A DNA stretch of 64,000 nucleotides, from assembly GCA_948465545.1 (NCBI GenBank), contig CAOJXO010000001.1, positions 188,450 through 252,449 on the forward strand, read 5' to 3'. Shown here piece after piece: positions 1 through 11,279 of the stretch (positions are counted from its first letter, which is position 1; every line of letters starts with the position of its first letter). The DNA is from an uncultured Bacillota bacterium (GTDB taxonomy: Bacteria > Bacillota > Clostridia > Christensenellales > UBA1242). The notes under the pieces are model-generated. The model was not told where the DNA came from, ran no database searches, and worked only from the letters and a program-made list of their open reading frames with translations. Position numbers and translations under genes: made by a program.

Positions 1-565
1 ACGAACGGGTATCAACAGGAAGTCCAATAGGAAGAAGTTGGTCACGTCTAAATCCTTCCGCCATAAACTCATCAACAAAATCCTCGTTTGGAATTACAAA
101 ATGGTCCACACCAACCACTGCCTCCCAGAAAGGGGAGTTAACATAATCCAATGCGGAAGCAATCGTTGTACAAGGAAGGGCATATAAAAGTTTCAGGTCT
201 GTAACAGCAATCCCGCCATAAAAGTGAGTACTGTAAATTACATCTGGTTGAAAATCCAAAATTTCTTTCATAAGACCATCAAGTGTAGAAACCACTGTGG
301 GTTGTGAATTACACTTATATCTATTTTCAGCCTTCGCCTTTTGAAAATGTCTAAAAAATGCATTATATAATTTAAGCAACTTGCTAACGGCAATACCGTA
401 ACCTTTATCAGCAACCCAAACATTAAGTTTAGTTGAAAACTCCTTTAAAAGGTCAACAATCTTTACTTCCACCCCGCCAAGGCTTTCAAGTTTATTTTTC
501 ATGCCCCTTGCACAGGCATTATGTCCATTTCCCGCTGTAACAGTGAGAATTAAAATCTTTTTCAT
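1..565 (-). CDS. Glycosyltransferase, MGDG-synthase/UgtP-like (N-terminal part only; gene runs off the window start)
   Basis: Manual minus-strand translation from ATG at 565 gives MKKILILTVTAGNGHNACARGMKNKLE...FQPDVIYSTHFYGG..., typical of diacylglycerol glycosyltransferases. SD AGGGGG lies 4 nt upstream. Absent from the ORF track because the frame has no stop inside the window. Confidence 0.7.
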   Translation of the reverse strand, partial: MKKILILTVTAGNGHNACARGMKNKLESLGGVEVKIVDLLKEFSTKLNVWVADKGYGIAVSKLLKLYNAFFRHFQKAKAENRYKCNSQPTVVSTLDGLMKEILDFQPDVIYSTHFYGGIAVTDLKLLYALPCTTIASALDYVNSPFWEAVVGVDHFVIPNEDFVDEFMAEGFRRDQLLPIGLPVDTRS

Positions 566-728
566 ACATCCCCCTTTTTTGGTGTCTAAGTTTATTCTAT
601 CATATATAGATAAAATTTGCAAAATAAAAATTTACCAAAAATTTAACTAAATTTTTATCCCTTTTTGTTATGAATTTTGTCGGTTTTTGGTTATAATAAA
701 GTTGATTTTGTTTTGTGGAGGGATACAA

Positions 729-2219
729 ATGACTAAGAAAAAAATCGGTTTTGATAATGAAATATATCTTAAAAAACAAACTGAAAACATCTTAAAAAGA
801 ATAAAGATGTTTGATAACAAGTTATACCTAGAGTTTGGTGGAAAACTTTTTGATGACTTACACGCATCTAGGGTACTTCCTGGTTTTGACCCAAACATTA
901 AAACTAAACTGTTGTTAAAATTAAAGGATAAGGCGGAAATCGTTTTCTGCATTAGTTCTAACGATATAGAAAGAAATCGTATCCGTGCAGACTTAGGCCT
1001 TAGTTATGATGACGAGGTATTAAGGCTTATTGATAATCTTCGCAGTCTTGGGCTTTATGTATCCGCCATTGTCCTTACTTTATATAAAGGACAACCTAGC
1101 GCAACCAAGTTTGCAAACAAACTTGAAAGACGTGGTGAGCGTGTATATTTCCATCACTACACAAAAGGCTATCCTAATGATGTCGAAAGCATTGTGTCTG
1201 ATGAGGGATATGGTGCAAACCCATATATTGAAACCACCCGTCCACTTGTAATTGTAACCGCACCTGGCGCTTCAAGCGGAAAACTTGCAACCTGCCTCAG
1301 TCAAATCTATCACGAGTTTAAACGCGGAACTAAGGCGGGCTATGCAAAGTTTGAAACCTTCCCTGTTTGGAATTTAAGTTTAAAGCACCCTGTCAATATT
1401 GCATATGAAGCGGCGACTGCTGACCTAAAAGATGTCAACCAAATTGACCCTTACCATTTCAATGCCTATGGCAAACTTACTGTAAACTTTAATCGTGATA
1501 TTGAAGTGTTCCCTGTGCTTTCAAATATTCTTAGAAAAATCACAAACTCAGATGTTTACAAATCACCTACCGACATGGGTGTAAATATGGTGGCAAGTGC
1601 CATTACTGATGATGAACTTGTTAAAGAGGCGGCTAAAAAAGAGATTGTAAGGCGTTACTTCCGTGCAGAGTGTGATTACAAAAAGGGTCATGGCTCTCTT
1701 GATACAGTAGAAAGATTACAGTATCTTATGAGCGAACTTGACTTAAACGCAAACTATTTGGAGGTTGTAACTGCATCTAAGAAAGCAAGTAAAGCAAGTG
1801 GATACCCTTGTATCGCCTTAGAACTTCCTAACGGTAAGATTGTAACAGGAAAAACTAAAAATATTGTGTCTGCAAGCGGAGCAGTAATCTTAAATGCCCT
1901 TCGTACTCTTGCAAGACAAGGTGATGACTTTGATGTCATTTCAGACGATATTCTTCTCCCTATCGTTAAACTCCGCACCGAGTACCTTAATTCCAAATCT
2001 AGCGTACTTACACTTGACGATGTTCTTGTTGCCCTTTCAATAAGTTCGGCAACTAACGAAAAGGCGAAAAAAGCAATTTCTAAACTTTCAAATTTGGAGG
2101 GCTGTGAGGCACACTGCACCTATATGCTTAGTCATGCAGAAGAAAGCACCTTAAAGAAACTTGGAATCAATATCACTTGTGAACCTCAATTTTTAAACAA
2201 CAATTTGTTTACAGATTAA
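729..2219 (+). CDS. UPF0371/DUF1846 family protein
   Basis: Near-colinear with UPF0371 proteins as remembered: KLYLEFGGKLFDD..ASRVLPGFDPN, VTAPGASSGKLATC, YAKFETFPVWNL, YEAATADL. Start moved from the track's 687 to ATG 729, which follows GGAGGG. Confidence 0.85.
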   Translation: MTKKKIGFDNEIYLKKQTENILKRIKMFDNKLYLEFGGKLFDDLHASRVLPGFDPNIKTKLLLKLKDKAEIVFCISSNDIERNRIRADLGLSYDDEVLRLIDNLRSLGLYVSAIVLTLYKGQPSATKFANKLERRGERVYFHHYTKGYPNDVESIVSDEGYGANPYIETTRPLVIVTAPGASSGKLATCLSQIYHEFKRGTKAGYAKFETFPVWNLSLKHPVNIAYEAATADLKDVNQIDPYHFNAYGKLTVNFNRDIEVFPVLSNILRKITNSDVYKSPTDMGVNMVASAITDDELVKEAAKKEIVRRYFRAECDYKKGHGSLDTVERLQYLMSELDLNANYLEVVTASKKASKASGYPCIALELPNGKIVTGKTKNIVSASGAVILNALRTLARQGDDFDVISDDILLPIVKLRTEYLNSKSSVLTLDDVLVALSISSATNEKAKKAISKLSNLEGCEAHCTYMLSHAEESTLKKLGINITCEPQFLNNNLFTD

Positions 2220-2220
2220 A

Positions 2221-2246
2221 AAACATCGGCGTTGCCGATGTTTTTT
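2221..2246. terminator. Bidirectional rho-independent terminator
   Basis: CATCGGC-gtt-GCCGATG hairpin flanked by an A-run and T6, between convergent genes. Confidence 0.75.
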
Positions 2247-2478
2247 AATCAATCCAAAGTACTTTGTTTGAAACAAGCAAAGTGATAATGTCAATAAGCC
2301 ATAAGAAAGGGATTCCTACAATAAGGACTATCAATCCTAAAACTATGCCTAATACACTTTTCTTGTCTGCACTTCTGCAAATACGATATATAGTCCAAAT
2401 AATGTCAAGTGCAGGAAGTGCAAGCAAAATCTTTACAAGTTTTGGCATTTTATCCATTGCTGAAACAAATTGATTCAT
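2245..2478 (-). CDS. Small integral membrane protein (two predicted TM helices), function unknown
   Basis: 77-aa ORF with two hydrophobic stretches (LVKILLALPALDIIWTIY, VLGIVLGLIVLIVGIPFLWLIDIITLLV) and a terminator downstream. Confidence 0.5.
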   Translation of the reverse strand: MNQFVSAMDKMPKLVKILLALPALDIIWTIYRICRSADKKSVLGIVLGLIVLIVGIPFLWLIDIITLLVSNKVLWID

Positions 2479-2569
2479 AACTATTTCTCCTTTTACATTC
2501 TTATTGTATTATTCAAGATTTTCTTTATTCACAAACGACAAAAACCTCCAATATTTTCCGCTTTTTAGT

Positions 2570-2598
2570 TGACTTAATTTTATTGAACGCATATAATA
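2570..2598 (+). promoter_or_regulatory. SigA-type promoter of the ABC exporter operon
   Basis: TTGACT-17 nt-TATAAT. Confidence 0.6.
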
Positions 2599-2669
2599 CT
2601 AAGCAGATTTTTAAAATATATTTTTAATTTTTCTATATAAAATTTGTATTATTTTTTTGGAGGAAAACA

Positions 2670-4427
2670 ATGCTAAAACTGCTAACTAAATACTTAAAAA
2701 TACGCGAGTGGTTTATGATAGTTGCTATCTTAGGACTAATCGTCCTACAAGTATGGCTGGAATTAAAATCGCCTGAATACATGCGCCAAATTACCATACT
2801 TATTAAGCAAGGAAGTTCTATGTCCGATATTTGGATTAATGGTGGATATATGCTTGCATGTGCTGTTGCAAGTGCAGTTATATCTATTATAGTTGGCTTT
2901 ATTGTTGCAAGAATTTCATCTGGTATGGCAAAACGCGTTAGAAGCGGTATCTTTGATAAGGTACAAACTTTCTCTAAACGAGAAATGAAAAGTTTTTCAA
3001 CTGCAAGTTTAATCACCCGTTCCACAAACGATGTTACACAAATTCAACGCTTTGTTGCTATGGGCTTGCAAGTACTTATCAAAGCCCCTATTATGGCTGT
3101 ATGGGCAATCCTTAAAATATCTGGCAACAGTTGGCAATGGTCGGTGGCAACCGCTGTAACTGTGCTTGTCATAATGTCTGTTATTATAATGTTAATAGTA
3201 ATCGTTATGCCTAAGTTTAAAAGAATGCAAACCTTAACTGACAATCTTAACCGCGTTACACGTGAAAATCTTACTGGACTTAGGGTTGTGCGTGCCTACA
3301 ACGCAGAAAACTACGAGGCAAACAAATTTGAAAAGGCAAATGGCGAACTTACCAAAACCAGCCTCTTTGCAAACAGAATGATGAGTTTGCTTTCTCCTGT
3401 TATGAGCCTGTGTATGAGTGGGTTAACCCTTGCCATTTACTGGATAGGAGCATTCATCATTAATGGTGCTGATGATATTGGCAAGATGACTAGTTTCGGC
3501 GATATGATGGCATTTTCTTCCTATGCTATACTTGTTGTTATGGCTTTCATTATGCTTACTATGATTTTTATTATGCTTCCACGTGCATCAGTATCAGCAA
3601 AACGTATCAACGAAATTTTAGATACCACACCTAGCGTGCAAGATGGAACTGGCGAATATGATATTCACAGCCCTATCAAAGGTGAAATTGAATTTAAAAA
3701 TGTAAGTTTTAAATACCCTGACGCAGATGAATATGTACTTCACGATATAAGTTTTACCGCACACAAAGGTGAAACTGTGGCGTTTATCGGCTCTACTGGA
3801 AGTGGCAAAAGCACACTCATTGACCTTGTCCCTCGTTTCTATGATGCAACCGAAGGTGAAGTTGTTATTGACGGTGTAAATGTAAAAGACTACAAACTTG
3901 CCGACCTTCATAATAAACTTGGTTATGTTTCTCAAAAAGCATTCTTATTCAGCGGAACAGTATCAAGCAACATCTCTTTTGGTGATGATATTGATGCCAA
4001 GCCAACAGAAGAAGAAATTCAACGTGCCGCAAAAATTGCACAAGCAAAATCCTTTATTGAAAAAATGCCAGAAGGCTACAACTCAACAATAACTCAGGGC
4101 GGAACAAATGTATCTGGCGGACAAAAACAAAGACTTTCAATCGCAAGAGCGATAGCACGTAATCCTGAAATATTTATCTTTGATGACTCTTTCTCTGCCC
4201 TTGACTATAAAACAGACAAGAAGTTGCGTGGTGCAATCAATAAGCATCTTTCAAATGCGACCTGCCTTATTGTGGCACAAAGAATCGGAACAATCAAAAA
4301 TGCTGATAAGATTATCGTCCTCGATCAAGGAAACATGGTTGGAATGGGAACACATGAGGAACTTCTCAAAACATGCGAGGTTTACAAAGAGATTGCCCTT
4401 TCACAACTAAGTAAGGAGGAATTATAA
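2670..4427 (+). CDS. ABC exporter, fused permease/ATPase subunit (heterodimer partner 1)
   Basis: Six-TM N-terminal half, Walker A GSTGSGKST, signature VSGGQKQR, Walker B IFIFDDSFSALD. Confidence 0.9.
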   Translation: MLKLLTKYLKIREWFMIVAILGLIVLQVWLELKSPEYMRQITILIKQGSSMSDIWINGGYMLACAVASAVISIIVGFIVARISSGMAKRVRSGIFDKVQTFSKREMKSFSTASLITRSTNDVTQIQRFVAMGLQVLIKAPIMAVWAILKISGNSWQWSVATAVTVLVIMSVIIMLIVIVMPKFKRMQTLTDNLNRVTRENLTGLRVVRAYNAENYEANKFEKANGELTKTSLFANRMMSLLSPVMSLCMSGLTLAIYWIGAFIINGADDIGKMTSFGDMMAFSSYAILVVMAFIMLTMIFIMLPRASVSAKRINEILDTTPSVQDGTGEYDIHSPIKGEIEFKNVSFKYPDADEYVLHDISFTAHKGETVAFIGSTGSGKSTLIDLVPRFYDATEGEVVIDGVNVKDYKLADLHNKLGYVSQKAFLFSGTVSSNISFGDDIDAKPTEEEIQRAAKIAQAKSFIEKMPEGYNSTITQGGTNVSGGQKQRLSIARAIARNPEIFIFDDSFSALDYKTDKKLRGAINKHLSNATCLIVAQRIGTIKNADKIIVLDQGNMVGMGTHEELLKTCEVYKEIALSQLSKEEL

Positions 4428-6277
4428 TGAGTAAAGTTACACCCGCAAGGCAAGGTGGTCCTCACGGCGGAATGAACGCTGTTGATAAACCAAAAAACTT
4501 TAAAGCCTCTTTTGGAAAACTTATTAAATATTGCAGAAAACATATGCTTGGAATTATTACCGCGATAATATTTGCAGTCGCAGGTACAGTGCTAACATTA
4601 ATTGGCCCTAATAAAATCAGCGAACTTACCGATATTATTACAGAAGCAGTCCCTTTCTTAAACCCTATCACAGGTGCACTAGAAAACACTGGAATGTCAA
4701 TCGATATGCAGGTAGTGCTGGAAATCGGCATATTCCTAATTATTATCTATGGGCTTAGTGCAATATTTAGTTACATTCAAGGGTTTGTTATGTCAACCAT
4801 AACTCAACGCGTATCAAAACGTATGCGTAAGGATATATCAACAAAGATAAATCGCCTTCCATTAAAATATATGGATAGCACCCCATACGGAGATGTACTT
4901 AGCCGTGTAACAAACGACGTTGACACCATAGGTCAAACTCTTAACAATAGTATCACAACTTTGGTAAGTGCGATTACCCTGCTTATAGGCAGTGTGATAA
5001 TGATGTTTGTAACAAACTGGATCATGGCACTCACCGCAATCGGTGCAAGTTTAATCGGATTTATATTTATAGTCCTTGTAATGAAGTTCTCTCAAAAACA
5101 TTTCGTCGCTCAACAAAATGAACTTGGTAATATAAACGGACATATTGAAGAAGTATATTCGGGACATGACATTGTAAATGTTTACAATGGAAAACGTGAA
5201 ACCAAAGAAGAGTTTGATAAAATAAATAACCGCCTTTATACCAGCGGTTGGAAATCTCAATTCTTATCAGGGCTTATGATGCCTATTATGAATTTTATCG
5301 GTGACTTTGGTTATGTTGCTGTCTGCGTTGTAGGTGCATTGCTTACAATAAATGGAACAATATCTTTCGGCGTTATTGCTGCATTTATAATTTATGTAAG
5401 GCTTTTCACCCAACCCCTCGCCCAACTGGCACAAGCGTTTAACAACCTCCAATCTACCGCCGCCGCAAGTGAACGTGTTTTTGAATTTCTTGAAGAAGGC
5501 GAACTTGCTGATGAAAGCAGTAAAACGAAAGTACTTTCAGATATTAAAGGAAATGTTGAATTTAAAAATGTTAAGTTTGGATATAGCCCTGAAAAGACAA
5601 TCATTAAAGATTTCTCTGCAAAAGTAAAAGCAGGTCAAAAGGTGGCAATCGTTGGGCCGACTGGTGCTGGCAAAACCACCCTTGTAAATCTACTTATGCG
5701 ATTCTATGAAGTAGATGACGGCGAAATTCTGATTGACGGAACACCTATCAGTACGCTCACCCGTGAAAATGTGCACGATATGTTTTCTATGGTGCTTCAA
5801 GACACATGGCTGTTTGAAGGAAGCATAAGGGATAACATTGTTTACAGCAAAGAAAATGTTTCTGATGAAGCGGTGAAAGCCGCTTGCAAGGCGTGCGGAA
5901 TCGACCACTTTATTAAAAGCCTGCCACATGGATACAACTCTATCCTTGATGATAACACATCAATCTCAGCAGGACAAAGGCAACTTATGACTATTGCAAG
6001 GGCAATGATTCAAAACAGCCCTATGCTTATCCTTGATGAGGCAACCAGTTCGGTAGATACACGTACTGAAATTTTAATTCAAAATGCAATGGATAAATTG
6101 ACACAAGGAAGAACATCTTTCGTAATCGCACATAGACTTTCAACCATTAAAAATGCAGACCTTATTCTGGTTATGAATAATGGCGATATTGTCGAACAGG
6201 GCAATCACAATGAACTTATTAAAAAAGATGGTTTCTATGCAGACCTATACAATAGTCAATTTGAAGAGGAGGCTTAA
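4427..6277 (+). CDS. ABC exporter, fused permease/ATPase subunit (heterodimer partner 2)
   Basis: Start overlaps the upstream stop (TAATG). Walker A GPTGAGKTT, signature ISAGQRQL, Walker B MLILDEATSSVD, H-loop AHRLST. Confidence 0.9.
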   Translation: MSKVTPARQGGPHGGMNAVDKPKNFKASFGKLIKYCRKHMLGIITAIIFAVAGTVLTLIGPNKISELTDIITEAVPFLNPITGALENTGMSIDMQVVLEIGIFLIIIYGLSAIFSYIQGFVMSTITQRVSKRMRKDISTKINRLPLKYMDSTPYGDVLSRVTNDVDTIGQTLNNSITTLVSAITLLIGSVIMMFVTNWIMALTAIGASLIGFIFIVLVMKFSQKHFVAQQNELGNINGHIEEVYSGHDIVNVYNGKRETKEEFDKINNRLYTSGWKSQFLSGLMMPIMNFIGDFGYVAVCVVGALLTINGTISFGVIAAFIIYVRLFTQPLAQLAQAFNNLQSTAAASERVFEFLEEGELADESSKTKVLSDIKGNVEFKNVKFGYSPEKTIIKDFSAKVKAGQKVAIVGPTGAGKTTLVNLLMRFYEVDDGEILIDGTPISTLTRENVHDMFSMVLQDTWLFEGSIRDNIVYSKENVSDEAVKAACKACGIDHFIKSLPHGYNSILDDNTSISAGQRQLMTIARAMIQNSPMLILDEATSSVDTRTEILIQNAMDKLTQGRTSFVIAHRLSTIKNADLILVMNNGDIVEQGNHNELIKKDGFYADLYNSQFEEEA

Positions 6278-6289
6278 GCCCCCTCTTTT

Positions 6290-7012
6290 TTAACCCTCGT
6301 ATTCAAATATTACTTTTATATTTGCTTTAATGCAAATCTCCCCCTTCATAATAGACATATTGTCAGAACTTGAATTTGAAAATGAATATGAATCACGGGT
6401 AATCATACTATAAGAGCCCTCTTCACAAATTTCACTTGATACTATCTCAGAATTAGTAATCGCCTTAGCCTTATTCTTTGCGTTTTCAAGTGCTTTTTCT
6501 AATGCCATATTATAGGCTTCATCATAATTATCAATAGTAAATGAAATGCCTGAAAAACGGTTTGCTCCGTTTTCAAGAAGTTTACTTATAAGATTACCAA
6601 CATTATCCACATCCTTAGTCTTAAAGTCTAAATAGTTTGAAACATTGTATCCTATAAACTTTTCTCCCTGACTATAATCATATCTTTGATAGACATAAAA
6701 ATTTTTTGTTTTAATATTCTCTTCTGGCACGCCTAAGTCTTTAAGGATTGTAATTAAATTTGATATATTGTCTGCGTTTTCTTTTTGTGCCACAGACAGC
6801 GACTCATTGAGGGTTTCCACACCTAGACTTACAATCGCAACATCTGGCACAAGTCGCACCTCGCCACTTCCAGTTACCGTAATTTTATTTATGCTTTCAG
6901 CTTGTACTGCACCCACTTCAAGCGTGTTACTTTCTATAGAAACAAGTCCTATCGCACCAGTCACACAAAGCAGCAAACATATAAGACAAACAAAAAACTT
7001 TTTCATTTTCAC
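6290..7012 (-). CDS. SIMPL/DUF541 family secreted protein
   Basis: N-terminal signal/anchor followed by ITVTGSGEVRLVPDVAIVSLGVET...AQKENA, the typical SIMPL opening. Confidence 0.65.
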   Translation of the reverse strand: MKMKKFFVCLICLLLCVTGAIGLVSIESNTLEVGAVQAESINKITVTGSGEVRLVPDVAIVSLGVETLNESLSVAQKENADNISNLITILKDLGVPEENIKTKNFYVYQRYDYSQGEKFIGYNVSNYLDFKTKDVDNVGNLISKLLENGANRFSGISFTIDNYDEAYNMALEKALENAKNKAKAITNSEIVSSEICEEGSYSMITRDSYSFSNSSSDNMSIMKGEICIKANIKVIFEYEG

Positions 7013-7091
7013 CTCCTAACATCTTGTAGGTTGTGAGTTTGAAAAAGTTTTATTCTATATCGACATTCTTCGCAAAAAGTTCACTTTAAGT

Positions 7092-8279
7092 TTAATCTGC
7101 TAGGTCACTTTTAACCAACAAATCTTTAATCTTTTCATTTGAATTGATAAGAGGACTTAAACTTTCATTATTATGAAGAGTGTTAACAATAAGCGCAACA
7201 AACTTATCAAGGGATACAATATGAAGCCACTCTCTTTTTTCCATCTCATCTGAAACATAACTTGCGTTTGTTGAGTATACCGCTTTGATAAGTCCTTCTT
7301 GATAAAGGGCGTCAAATTTCTCTAATCCCTCTGTGAAGAAAGCAAAGGTACAAATACTTATTACATCTTTTGCACCACGGGATTTAAGTTCACGGATTAC
7401 ATCAATAAGACTTTCGCCAGAAGCAATCATATCATCAACAATAAGCACATCTTTTCCATTTACGTCTGGGCCAGTATACTCATGTGCAATGATAGGGTTT
7501 TTACCATTTACAATTTTTGTATAGTCACGGCGTTTATAAAACATACCGATATTAAGTTTTAACATACTTGCGTAAGTAATTGCCCTTGCCATTGCACCAT
7601 TATCTGGGCTGATAACAATCATGTTATCATTTGTGATTTCTTTCTTGTTTTCAAGCACAAACTGTTTAACCACAGGATAAAGCGGAAAGATTGTGTCAAA
7701 ACTTGAATAAGGTAAAACATTTTGAATGTTAGGGTCATGGGCGTCAAAAGTGATAACACTATCAACACCTAGATTTTCAAGTTCACGAAGTGCCATTGCA
7801 CTATCAAGACTTTCTCTGCCTTGACGGCGGTGCTGACGTGAAGAATATAAGAGTGGCATAATCACAGTTATCTTATTTGCCTTCCCAGCAATCGCAGAAA
7901 TGGTACGAATGATGTCTTGGAAGTGTTCGTCAGGGCTCATATGGTTTTCAAATCCATACATATTATATGTAATGCTATAATTTGAAACATCACTTAAAAT
8001 GTAGACGTCTTTGCCACGTACGCTATCTTCAAGTTTAACCTTACCTTCGCCATTGCTAAACTTTACAGAGGCAACAGGCACAATATAGTTTTTATTTTTT
8101 TCTCCCCTAAGTTTACCAATCTCTTTATTTACTTCTTCCGCCCTTTCCTTATAGTTTGGAAGCACTACAAGTGCAAGATTATCTTTCTTATCCTTTTCTT
8201 TTTTCACTTTCACTTCAGTTGTTTCTGTCTTTTGTTTAACTTCAACACTAGTTTTCTTTGGTTTTAAAAATTCAAACAT
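7092..8279 (-). CDS. prs: Ribose-phosphate pyrophosphokinase with a Lys/Glu-rich N-terminal extension
   Basis: LLYSSRQHRR, FDAHD, and the PRPP-binding loop LIVDDMIASGES. Confidence 0.85.
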   Translation of the reverse strand: MFEFLKPKKTSVEVKQKTETTEVKVKKEKDKKDNLALVVLPNYKERAEEVNKEIGKLRGEKNKNYIVPVASVKFSNGEGKVKLEDSVRGKDVYILSDVSNYSITYNMYGFENHMSPDEHFQDIIRTISAIAGKANKITVIMPLLYSSRQHRRQGRESLDSAMALRELENLGVDSVITFDAHDPNIQNVLPYSSFDTIFPLYPVVKQFVLENKKEITNDNMIVISPDNGAMARAITYASMLKLNIGMFYKRRDYTKIVNGKNPIIAHEYTGPDVNGKDVLIVDDMIASGESLIDVIRELKSRGAKDVISICTFAFFTEGLEKFDALYQEGLIKAVYSTNASYVSDEMEKREWLHIVSLDKFVALIVNTLHNNESLSPLINSNEKIKDLLVKSDLAD

Positions 8280-8330
8280 AAATCCCCCTATCTTTATATA
8301 TTCAGTTTATCAGATTCTGCAAAATAAGCC

Positions 8331-8358
8331 AAATAAAAAAGGTGCATAATGCACCTTT
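8331..8358 (-). terminator. Terminator of the aspS-asnS transcript
   Basis: AAGGTGCA-taa-TGCACCTT hairpin followed by a T-run on the minus strand. Confidence 0.7.
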
Positions 8359-8364
8359 ATTTTT

Positions 8365-9753
8365 TTATCCGATTATGCTTCCAACCGTACGTGGAAAAAA
8401 CTCCACATCACGAATGTTTGAAATTCCTGTAAGATACATTACAAGTCTTTCAAAGCCAAGTCCATAGCCAGAATGTTCGTTTGTGCCATAACGGCGGGTG
8501 TCAAGATACCAAGAGTAATCCTCTTCTTTAAGTCCAAGTTCATGAATTCGGGCAAGGAGTTTGTCTAAACGCTCCTCACGTTGACTTCCTCCGCAAAGTT
8601 CTCCGATTCCAGGAACAAGCATATCAACTGCGGCAACAGTCTTACCGTCCTCATTCTGACGCATATAGAATGCTTTAATATCCTTAGGATAGTTTTTAAG
8701 GAATACTGGCTTCTTGTAAACCTCTTCTGTTAAATAGCGTTCATGTTCACTTTGAAGGTCTACCCCCCACTTTACAGGGTAAACAAATTTATCTTTTACC
8801 TTTTCAAGAATTGTGATTGCTTCGGTATAATCAAGACGGACAAACTTGTTATCAACTATATTTTTAAGTCTTTCAAGAAGTCCTGTATCAACAAACTTAT
8901 TGAGGAAAGTAAGTTCGTCGCTGCACTCCTGCATAACATAACTGATAACATACTTAACCATTTCTTCTTCGTTATCCATAAGTTCATCAAGATTGCAGAA
9001 GCAGATTTCTGGTTCCATCATCCAAAACTCTGCGGCGTGGCGGGAGGTGTTTGAGTTCTCTGCACGGAAAGTAGGCCCAAAGGTATAAGTCTTACCAAAA
9101 GCATGGGTTAAAGTTTCTTCATGAAGTTGACCTGACACTGTAAGAGATACCTTTTTGCCAAAGAAGTCTTTACTATAATCCACCTTGCCATTTTGCTTTG
9201 GAAGTTTGTCAAGGTCAAGTGTAGTCACTTGGAACATTTCGCCCGCACCTTCACAATCGTTTGCAGTGATGATTGGTGTGTGTACGTAAACAAAGTTACG
9301 CTCATTGAAAAATTTATGAATAGCAAAAGCGGCTACTGAGCGGATTCTAAACACCGCATTAAAAAGGTTGCCTCTTGCTCTAATTGTAGGGATTGTTCTT
9401 AAAAACTCAACGGTATGGCGTTTCTTTTGAAGAGGATAATCGCCGTCACTTTCGCCTAAGATAGTAACCACCTCAGCATTAATCTCAAAAGGTTGTTGTG
9501 CGGAAGGTGTAACAATAACTTTTCCTTCCACCTTAAAAGATGCACCTACATTTTGTTTTACAACTTCGTCGTAATTTGCAATTTTACCTTTTTCAACAAC
9601 AACCTGTACGCTTTTAAAACCGCCGTCATTAAGTTCAACAAAAGCAATATTCTTGCTGTCACGCACAGTACGTGCCCAACCGCAAACAGTAACCATTTTG
9701 CCGTCATACTTTGCATAAGTTTTTTGCAAATCTTTAATTTCTATTCTTTTCAT
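8365..9753 (-). CDS. asnS: Asparagine--tRNA ligase
   Basis: Class IIb motifs [21 protein letters not shown] and [12 protein letters not shown], with an OB-fold N-terminus. Confidence 0.9.
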   Translation of the reverse strand: MKRIEIKDLQKTYAKYDGKMVTVCGWARTVRDSKNIAFVELNDGGFKSVQVVVEKGKIANYDEVVKQNVGASFKVEGKVIVTPSAQQPFEINAEVVTILGESDGDYPLQKKRHTVEFLRTIPTIRARGNLFNAVFRIRSVAAFAIHKFFNERNFVYVHTPIITANDCEGAGEMFQVTTLDLDKLPKQNGKVDYSKDFFGKKVSLTVSGQLHEETLTHAFGKTYTFGPTFRAENSNTSRHAAEFWMMEPEICFCNLDELMDNEEEMVKYVISYVMQECSDELTFLNKFVDTGLLERLKNIVDNKFVRLDYTEAITILEKVKDKFVYPVKWGVDLQSEHERYLTEEVYKKPVFLKNYPKDIKAFYMRQNEDGKTVAAVDMLVPGIGELCGGSQREERLDKLLARIHELGLKEEDYSWYLDTRRYGTNEHSGYGLGFERLVMYLTGISNIRDVEFFPRTVGSIIG

Positions 9754-9764
9754 AATATCTCCTT

Positions 9765-11048
9765 TTAAGGTGTAAGTTTATCTGGCCCACGGAATAAGAA
9801 CATACTTTCTTTAATATTCTGCAGTTCTAATAAATTCATTGTAATTCTATCAATTCCAAGTCCAAATCCGCCATGTGGAGGACAACCATATCTAAAGAAT
9901 TGAAGATAGAATTCAACATCTTTTGCAAGTCCTTTTTCTTCTGCTTGAGCCTTTAAAACATCATAGCGATGTTCTCGTTGTGCACCAGTTGTAATTTCTA
10001 CCCCCTTCCAAATAAGGTCGTATCCCTGTGGAACACCGTCTTTACGCATATGGTAGAAGGCACGTTTTCTTGCACCATAATCAGTAACAAAGATAAATTC
10101 ATGACCATACTTTTCTTTTGCATACTTTTCACAGAGTTTTTCAGCCTCTGTGGTTAAGTCGTCTTTTTCGTCATCTGGACAGGTGTAACCATACATTGCT
10201 TCCAAATCTTTATACAAATCAGCAAGTTTAATTCTTGGGAATGGTGTTGTAGGAACAACTACGTCAACATTAAATAACTCCTTAACCTCATCTCCATATT
10301 TTTCTTTTACGGCCTTCAACGCATAAGCAAGAAGATTCTCTTCCATTTTAATAACATCATCATAGCTTTCAATTCCAGAAAATTCAAGGTCGAAGCCGGT
10401 AAATTCTGTGGCATGTTTTCTTGAGTGTGATTTCTCAGCACGGAATACTGGTCCACATTCAAAAATTCCACCAAGCCCACCAGAGATTGCCATTTGTTTA
10501 TAGAATTGTGGACTTTGTGCAAGATAAGCAAAAGTATCAAAGTATTTTACTTGGAACACCTCACTGCCAGACTCTGATGCAGTAGCAATAAGCTTTGGTG
10601 AGTGAATTTCAACAAAGTCACGATTTAAAAGAAACTCCCTCATTGACTGAACAAACAATGTTTGCACCTTAAACATTAAAAGATTTTTTTCTTGTCTTAA
10701 ATCTATCCAACGATAATCTACCCTTTGGTCAATTCCGCTGTTTTCATCAATAGGATATGCTTCAGCACGGCTGGTTACTTCCACTTTATCTGGATACACC
10801 TCTTGTCCACCCATTTTAACATATTCACTTTTAACAAGTGTTCCTTCAACTCTAACAGTCGCCCCTTGCAATAAATGTAAGAAAATCTCTCCTATTTCTG
10901 GATGAGTCACTTTATCCACTGTCACTTGAATTTTACCAGAGGCATCTTTAAGCACTATAAATTGGATATTTTTCTTATCACGTACTGTATCCACCATACC
11001 ATAAAAGTTAACTTTTCCTTCCTTTAAATTTTTAATTGTTTCAAGCAT
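9765..11048 (-). CDS. aspS: Aspartate--tRNA ligase, archaeal/eukaryal type (type 2)
   Basis: About 427 aa with no bacterial insertion domain. Motifs [15 protein letters not shown] and GGFGLGIDR. Start set to ATG 11048 (AAGGAG 6 nt upstream), not the track's 11069. Confidence 0.85.
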   Translation of the reverse strand: MLETIKNLKEGKVNFYGMVDTVRDKKNIQFIVLKDASGKIQVTVDKVTHPEIGEIFLHLLQGATVRVEGTLVKSEYVKMGGQEVYPDKVEVTSRAEAYPIDENSGIDQRVDYRWIDLRQEKNLLMFKVQTLFVQSMREFLLNRDFVEIHSPKLIATASESGSEVFQVKYFDTFAYLAQSPQFYKQMAISGGLGGIFECGPVFRAEKSHSRKHATEFTGFDLEFSGIESYDDVIKMEENLLAYALKAVKEKYGDEVKELFNVDVVVPTTPFPRIKLADLYKDLEAMYGYTCPDDEKDDLTTEAEKLCEKYAKEKYGHEFIFVTDYGARKRAFYHMRKDGVPQGYDLIWKGVEITTGAQREHRYDVLKAQAEEKGLAKDVEFYLQFFRYGCPPHGGFGLGIDRITMNLLELQNIKESMFLFRGPDKLTP

Positions 11049-11070
11049 AACATTCTCCTTTCTAAGCATT

Positions 11071-11272
11071 AAAAAATCCTAATGCAAGATATCTGCATTA
11101 GGACGAAATAACCTATTCCGCGGTGCCACCTAATTTGTCAATTATGACCACTCTTTGTTTGTTTCAAACTCCAAAGTGTCTTTCATTTTACCTGCCTTGA
11201 TTGTACTTTCACCCCAACACAATCTCTCTTATAAAAGCAACCTATAAAACTACTCTCTTTTTCATCGTTTGA
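11071..11272 (-). promoter_or_regulatory. T-box leader (tRNA-sensing riboswitch), putative Asp (GAC) specifier
   Basis: The minus strand shows GATGA...AGAGAGTAG, an AGAGAG bulge and a GGGGTGAAAG distal loop. The specifier loop reads GAAA-GAC-A-CTTTGGAG. The T-box sequence is AAATTAGGTGGCACCGCGG (plus 11118-11136). The terminator is TCCTAATGCA...TGCATTAGGA followed by T6. Confidence 0.8.
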
Positions 11273-11279
11273 TGAGTAA

